From: Methanothrix sp.
Lineage (GTDB): Archaea > Halobacteriota > Methanosarcinia > Methanotrichales > Methanotrichaceae
NCBI GenBank assembly: GCA_963682135.1
Contig: OY821645.1
Span: forward strand, 1,248,001 to 1,312,000
DNA length: 64,000 nt
Reading direction: 5' to 3'
Shown here: positions 59,462-64,000 of the stretch, in pieces
Numbering within the stretch: position 1 is the stretch's first letter
How the letters are laid out: every line of letters begins with the position of its first letter
Translations under genes and position numbers: made by a program
The notes under the pieces: model-generated
The model's database searches: none
The model's input: only the letters and a program-made list of their open reading frames with translations
What the model was told of the DNA's origin: nothing

Positions 59462-60658
59462 TCATTGCATTTTTATAGAATATTGCATATGCTGAATTAG
59501 TCTTTGAACAGCATATTCACATGTCCAAAAGTTCGCGACTATTTCTATGGCCTTGCCACTCATATACTGATACTTTTCTTTATCCAAAAGAAGCTCGGTT
59601 ATTGCATCAGCAAATTTTTGCTCATCTCTGTCAGTAAGCAGGCCGCTTTCATTGTGAACCACGCTCTCCCTTACTCCGCCTTCTCTAACGGCGACAACTG
59701 GTGTTCCACAAGCCATAGCTTCCAATGGTACAAGGCCGAATGGCTCGAGAAATGGCGCATATACACATAATTGAGCCTTATTGTAAAGCCTGGTAAGCTC
59801 CAAATCATCAATGAGGATTTTAATCTCGAGATTTACCCCCATTTCAACCGCTAATCTTTCAAGGTAGTCCCTGTATGCAGCCCTAGCGACATTACCTACA
59901 ATAATGAGAGCCGGGCGAATTGCTTTGTCAACCAACCCCAACGCCCTGATAATGAAATCAAATCCTTTCTCTGGAGCCATGGAACCAACCGATAAAACAT
60001 ATGGCTCTCGGTCCATATTTAAGGGCTTGAATAGCTGCGTGTCCACCCCTAAATAGGATACAAAAGAATTCTTGCCATATGCTCTGAGAATTGCTTCACT
60101 CGAAAAGCTCGAATTCGAGAGGATCATCTTAGCATGGGATGCGTTCTCCCTATCAATAGCATCAAGTCTCGGAATGCAATATTCTGTCCAAACCTTTTCC
60201 AGCAAATTTGTCTCGATTTTATCTCCGAGGATTTTTAATATAGCTTCATTAGACCGACGAGGTTGTTGGCAATAATATACATATGGCAGGATAAGATATT
60301 TGAGAATAAATGGCGACATCGTATACCGATCTTGCTCTACAAACACAATATCATATTCACCTCTATTGATAATATCAGCTAACCTCTTTTGTGCCTCTTC
60401 TTGGTCAGCTAATGATAAGAATCCTCTGGGAAACAAATACTTAATCGCGGACTTTGCCAAGCTAAAAGGCGTGGTATGAAGAGGCATCACGGTTACACTA
60501 TTGGCAAATTGTCGTAGCGGCAAGAAATCCTCGTTCGCCGTTGATGGGACAAAGACATCGATGGAGCATCCTGCTCTACGCAAATACTTGACAGTCCCCC
60601 ACAAAGCCCTTTTTGCGCCACCAGAGGGTAGGTTATGAAAAATAGCGACTCTCATCAT
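59462..60658 (-). CDS. Glycosyltransferase family 4
   Basis: SGGAKR, EPFGLVPLEAMACGTPVV. Confidence 0.9.
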   Translation of the reverse strand: MMRVAIFHNLPSGGAKRALWGTVKYLRRAGCSIDVFVPSTANEDFLPLRQFANSVTVMPLHTTPFSLAKSAIKYLFPRGFLSLADQEEAQKRLADIINRGEYDIVFVEQDRYTMSPFILKYLILPYVYYCQQPRRSNEAILKILGDKIETNLLEKVWTEYCIPRLDAIDRENASHAKMILSNSSFSSEAILRAYGKNSFVSYLGVDTQLFKPLNMDREPYVLSVGSMAPEKGFDFIIRALGLVDKAIRPALIIVGNVARAAYRDYLERLAVEMGVNLEIKILIDDLELTRLYNKAQLCVYAPFLEPFGLVPLEAMACGTPVVAVREGGVRESVVHNESGLLTDRDEQKFADAITELLLDKEKYQYMSGKAIEIVANFWTCEYAVQRLIQHMQYSIKMQ

Positions 60659-60675
60659 TTATGATCTAGTCCTCC

Positions 60676-62142
60676 TCAAGTCTCCTTCCTGTTGCCATGT
60701 GCCTTCACTCCATTAATTAGCTGCCTTGCCATCTGAATATCGATCTTATCCGTCACGCCCGTGAGGACGATTATGATAAGATAGACAATTGCGGCCATTA
60801 GTATCAGGAGCAATAGAGGAATCCCACTGAACAGTTTGATGAATAATGCCATCATAAAGCATGCAAATAGGACCTTAGATAAGTGAAGGATCATAACCCT
60901 GGGAAACGAATAACCTTCCAAGGAAGCGAAATACAACAAAAAGCAAAAGGCAAAAGCCTGCGTAGCTACGGTTGCCGCGCTTGCGCCTACATAACTGTAT
61001 TTTGGTATCAAGACAAGATTCAAGATTATATTCAATGCCGTGGCAAGAATGGTCTGTTTTGCAACTATCCCCTGCCGGTTAATGGAGTTAAAGAGATTGC
61101 CAAACACAGCATTTAAGAAGATCAAGACTTCGGACCATATTAAGATCTGGAGCGCAATAGTAGAAGGCGCAAAGTCCGACCCATATATCAAGAGGATTAA
61201 TTGATTACCTAATAGAGTAGTTCCCACGCCGATAGGAATGGCTATTATCATCAGATACTTGAAGGACCGCTCAAATATAAAACCAAGATATTTATCAGAA
61301 GTGACATAAAAGTTGGACATGATAGGATATATCGATCCCAAAAAGGTTACGGGAATAAAGGCTAAGACCAAAACCATGCGATAAGCTGCATTGTACCATC
61401 CCATAGCCTCATTGGGATTTGAGATCATTAGAGAAATCATAACAGTATCTATATAATAATATACTCTCACAAATACCAATGATAGGCCAAATGGTATGGC
61501 CTCCTTTACAATATATTTCCAGAGCGCAAAATCGATATCCCATTTCGGTAGTGGGATCTTCCTTAAGGCTACCACCGCATAATAACCTAGAAAAATTAAG
61601 CTTGAGATCAGGTAAACGTATGAAAACCCATAGACATCCATGGCAGAATGGATCGCTAGCAAAGCCAAAATCAGCATGGTTAAATTATAGATTATACTCC
61701 CCAATGAGAGATATTCCATCACTTCATACGCCTGCAGAATTGAACTGATGATACCGGAAAAGGAGACGATGATGAGTGAGAGTGATATTACAAGCACTAT
61801 TTGCATGGTAGATGATGGATAGTTCAAGGCAAAGCCAATGGCAGCCGTGCTCACAAGGGTTACTGCAGCCAAGATAATTTTTAGAAATAAAGAATTTGCA
61901 AGATATTTCTGTGTTCGGGCTTTATCTCGGGCAACATCTCTGATGATCACAGATGCTATGCCGATATCTGCCAGAAAGAGAGTAATGGAAGCAAAAGCAA
62001 TCGCAAATGATAATATGCCGTACTTTTCCGAGCCGAGATAGCGAGTGGTATACATTAAAAAAAAGAAACTTAACACGAAGCCAATGACGTTTGAGATCAA
62101 CAAAAAAAAGGTATTCTTGGCAATCCTCTGGATGGTATTCAC
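60676..62142 (-). CDS. Oligosaccharide flippase (Wzx/MOP family)
   Basis: Polytopic membrane protein; RYLG..YG, IDTVMI, GWYNAAY, LNLVLIPKY..GA..AT. Confidence 0.9.
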   Translation of the reverse strand: MNTIQRIAKNTFFLLISNVIGFVLSFFFLMYTTRYLGSEKYGILSFAIAFASITLFLADIGIASVIIRDVARDKARTQKYLANSLFLKIILAAVTLVSTAAIGFALNYPSSTMQIVLVISLSLIIVSFSGIISSILQAYEVMEYLSLGSIIYNLTMLILALLAIHSAMDVYGFSYVYLISSLIFLGYYAVVALRKIPLPKWDIDFALWKYIVKEAIPFGLSLVFVRVYYYIDTVMISLMISNPNEAMGWYNAAYRMVLVLAFIPVTFLGSIYPIMSNFYVTSDKYLGFIFERSFKYLMIIAIPIGVGTTLLGNQLILLIYGSDFAPSTIALQILIWSEVLIFLNAVFGNLFNSINRQGIVAKQTILATALNIILNLVLIPKYSYVGASAATVATQAFAFCFLLYFASLEGYSFPRVMILHLSKVLFACFMMALFIKLFSGIPLLLLILMAAIVYLIIIVLTGVTDKIDIQMARQLINGVKAHGNRKET

Positions 62143-62148
62143 TAGAGA

Positions 62149-62649
62149 TCACTTAAAGGCCGGTCCAAACCAGTCCCAGGGCTTACCACAACGATCGTCC
62201 TTGCGGCCATTAATCGTGGCAGGAATAATTGCCGAATCGTCCCATGGCCGCCTGATCTCATCCGGACTCGAATAATCATACAGCCGGTTCACGAAATAGA
62301 CCAGTGTAGCAGGCTCATTACCCACGACCCGAAATCCATGCCAGTAGTGCCCTGGCATCCTGACGATCTGAGGATTGTCCCCCGTAGATATGATCTCGTC
62401 CAGCTCCCCTGTTTCATCATCATAGGCACAGATCTTCAGCGCTCCGCGCACGGCCAGGAAATGATCGACCTGTCCTCGTTCGTGCCGATGCCATGCTCGC
62501 ACCATTCCCGGATAGCTTACGGACATATTGGCCTGAACGATTTCGTCCTGGATCACATCCTTCCAGTCCGCTCTCATAATCTCTGTAAAGAATCCACGCT
62601 CGTCCGCAAATCGCCTTAAAGGCTTTATCCCAATTCCTGGCAACATCAT
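62149..62649 (-). CDS. rfbC: dTDP-4-dehydrorhamnose 3,5-epimerase family protein
   Basis: DERGFF.E, RAWHRH, WHGF cupin motifs; lies after rfbB-rfbD. Confidence 0.88.
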   Translation of the reverse strand: MMLPGIGIKPLRRFADERGFFTEIMRADWKDVIQDEIVQANMSVSYPGMVRAWHRHERGQVDHFLAVRGALKICAYDDETGELDEIISTGDNPQIVRMPGHYWHGFRVVGNEPATLVYFVNRLYDYSSPDEIRRPWDDSAIIPATINGRKDDRCGKPWDWFGPAFK

Positions 62650-63527
62650 TTGACCTCATTCTTTTCTATCTCTGCTCTTAGAATTTGCAGGGACTCTGCG
62701 AGCCCAAGCGGTTTATTGGCCAGCATTTTGCTGGCTTTGGATGTATCCAGGGAAGAATCCATCGGTCTTTTGGCGATCCAAGGAAGATCTGCCATCCTGG
62801 AAGGCAGGATGAGATCTGCATTCAGATCGAAAATATCGGCAACATGCAGGGCGAAATCGTACCTGGATATCCTGGTTGCCCCTGCCATATGATATATTCC
62901 AGAAAGCCTTCTATCTGCCGCTTCCAGAACCATTCCTGTGAGGTTGGTATTCAATGTGGGAGTGACGAACTGATCAGTGACCACGGAAACCTGCTTTCCG
63001 GATCTGAGGCGATCAATCAGCCATAGAGCGAAATTGGTCTTGCCGCTGGCAGGCTGCGAGCCGTATATTACGCAGGTCCTGGCAATGCAGCCCTGACAAA
63101 ACTGCTCTCCCAGCAGCTTGCTTGTGCCATAATAGCTAATGGGATTGGTCAATTCATCTTCCCGGTACATTCCCCGCACTCCGTCGAAGACATAATCGGT
63201 GGAGATATAGACGAGAAACGCCCCGACATCCTGGCATGCTTGGGCAATTGCCCTTGTGCCCTCAACATTCAACCTATAGGCAAGCTCTCTCTCGCGTTCA
63301 CAGCGATCCACATCCGTCAGAGCTGCACTGTGGACTATGACGTCCGGTCTCAGCCGATCCAACAGCTCACGAATGCCGCGCTCATCTGCCAGATCGAATC
63401 GGACCGCACTTCCCTTCGCGGGCTCGTTATGGGCATATCCGCAATAGACGGCATCCCCTCGAGCCAGGGCATTCTCAGCGACCTTACTTCCTAAGAGCCC
63501 GCTTCCACCGGTTATTAATAGTTTCAT
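62646..63527 (-). CDS. rfbD: dTDP-4-dehydrorhamnose reductase
   Basis: TGGSGLLG, AALTDVDRCE, ISTDYVFDG, YGTSK. Confidence 0.93.
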   Translation of the reverse strand: MKLLITGGSGLLGSKVAENALARGDAVYCGYAHNEPAKGSAVRFDLADERGIRELLDRLRPDVIVHSAALTDVDRCERERELAYRLNVEGTRAIAQACQDVGAFLVYISTDYVFDGVRGMYREDELTNPISYYGTSKLLGEQFCQGCIARTCVIYGSQPASGKTNFALWLIDRLRSGKQVSVVTDQFVTPTLNTNLTGMVLEAADRRLSGIYHMAGATRISRYDFALHVADIFDLNADLILPSRMADLPWIAKRPMDSSLDTSKASKMLANKPLGLAESLQILRAEIEKNEVK

Positions 63528-63532
63528 AGATG

Positions 63533-64000
63533 TTACCAGTCCAGCTTCCAGGGCGCAGGACTCAGTACCTTATCATCCATAAGAGGCCTCCACCATGAAA
63601 CATTCTGCAGATACCAGTTCACAGTCTTTCGAATTCCATTGGCAAAATTCTCCTGAGGACGCCAACCCAATTCGTTTCTGATCTTTGTAGAGTCCAGGCT
63701 GTATCTGACATCATGACCTGGCCGATCTTCCACAAATTCGATCTGATCAACGTTCTTGCCGAGCATTTGCAGGATGGTCCCTGCAACCTGCAGATTGGTC
63801 TTCTCCTCAGCCGCAGAGATGTTGTAGATCTCGCCCTTTGAGCCATTCATGAGAACCTGCTCCACAGCGCGACAGTGGTCGATTACGTAGATCCAGTCCC
63901 TCACATTCTGGCCTGTTCCATATATCGGAATCATCAGGCCATTTCTGGCTCGCAGGATGGTCTTGGGGATCAGCTTTTCCGGGAACTGATAAGGGCCATA
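63533..64000 (-). CDS. rfbB: dTDP-glucose 4,6-dehydratase, 5'-truncated by the window edge
   Basis: Frame is open from the window end: YGPYQFPEKLIP...GQNVRDWIYV.DH...DRPGHD.RY. Confidence 0.95.
   Translation of the reverse strand, partial: YGPYQFPEKLIPKTILRARNGLMIPIYGTGQNVRDWIYVIDHCRAVEQVLMNGSKGEIYNISAAEEKTNLQVAGTILQMLGKNVDQIEFVEDRPGHDVRYSLDSTKIRNELGWRPQENFANGIRKTVNWYLQNVSWWRPLMDDKVLSPAPWKLDW

Overview
Archaeal DNA, most consistent with a Methanosarcinales methanogen such as Methanothrix (inferred from gene content and protein sequences). In order, the window contains: (1) the end of the rpoB'-rpoA'-rpoA''-L30e-nusA-S12-S7 cluster, with no EF-2/EF-1a after it; (2) an accessory/defence-like region (about 6.3-21.5 kb) with a PD-(D/E)XK nuclease coupled to a frameshifted HhH-glycosylase-like gene, a 1659-aa nuclease-STAND (Avs-like) protein, a CHAT caspase-like protease-STAND-TPR protein and a DUF2281/PIN toxin-antitoxin pair; (3) truA, leuC, trpB2, an NAD-kinase-family gene and MarR/MFS; (4) a complete A1Ao ATP synthase operon (HIKECFABD); (5) a form III RuBisCO divergent from class I FBPase, class II aldolase, FBP aldolase/phosphatase and a two-subunit AOR-family (GOR-like) oxidoreductase; (6) a glycosylation locus (two GlmU-like genes, GlmS, a Wbp-type diacetamido-uronic-acid pathway, glycosyltransferases, flippase, rfbBDC). 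The best novelty candidates are a 71-nt four-way-junction RNA structure in the RuBisCO leader, the tandem protease-STAND/nuclease-STAND pair, and the RuBisCO/FBP/GOR carbon cluster. All calls come from reading the sequence; no database search or folding program was run.
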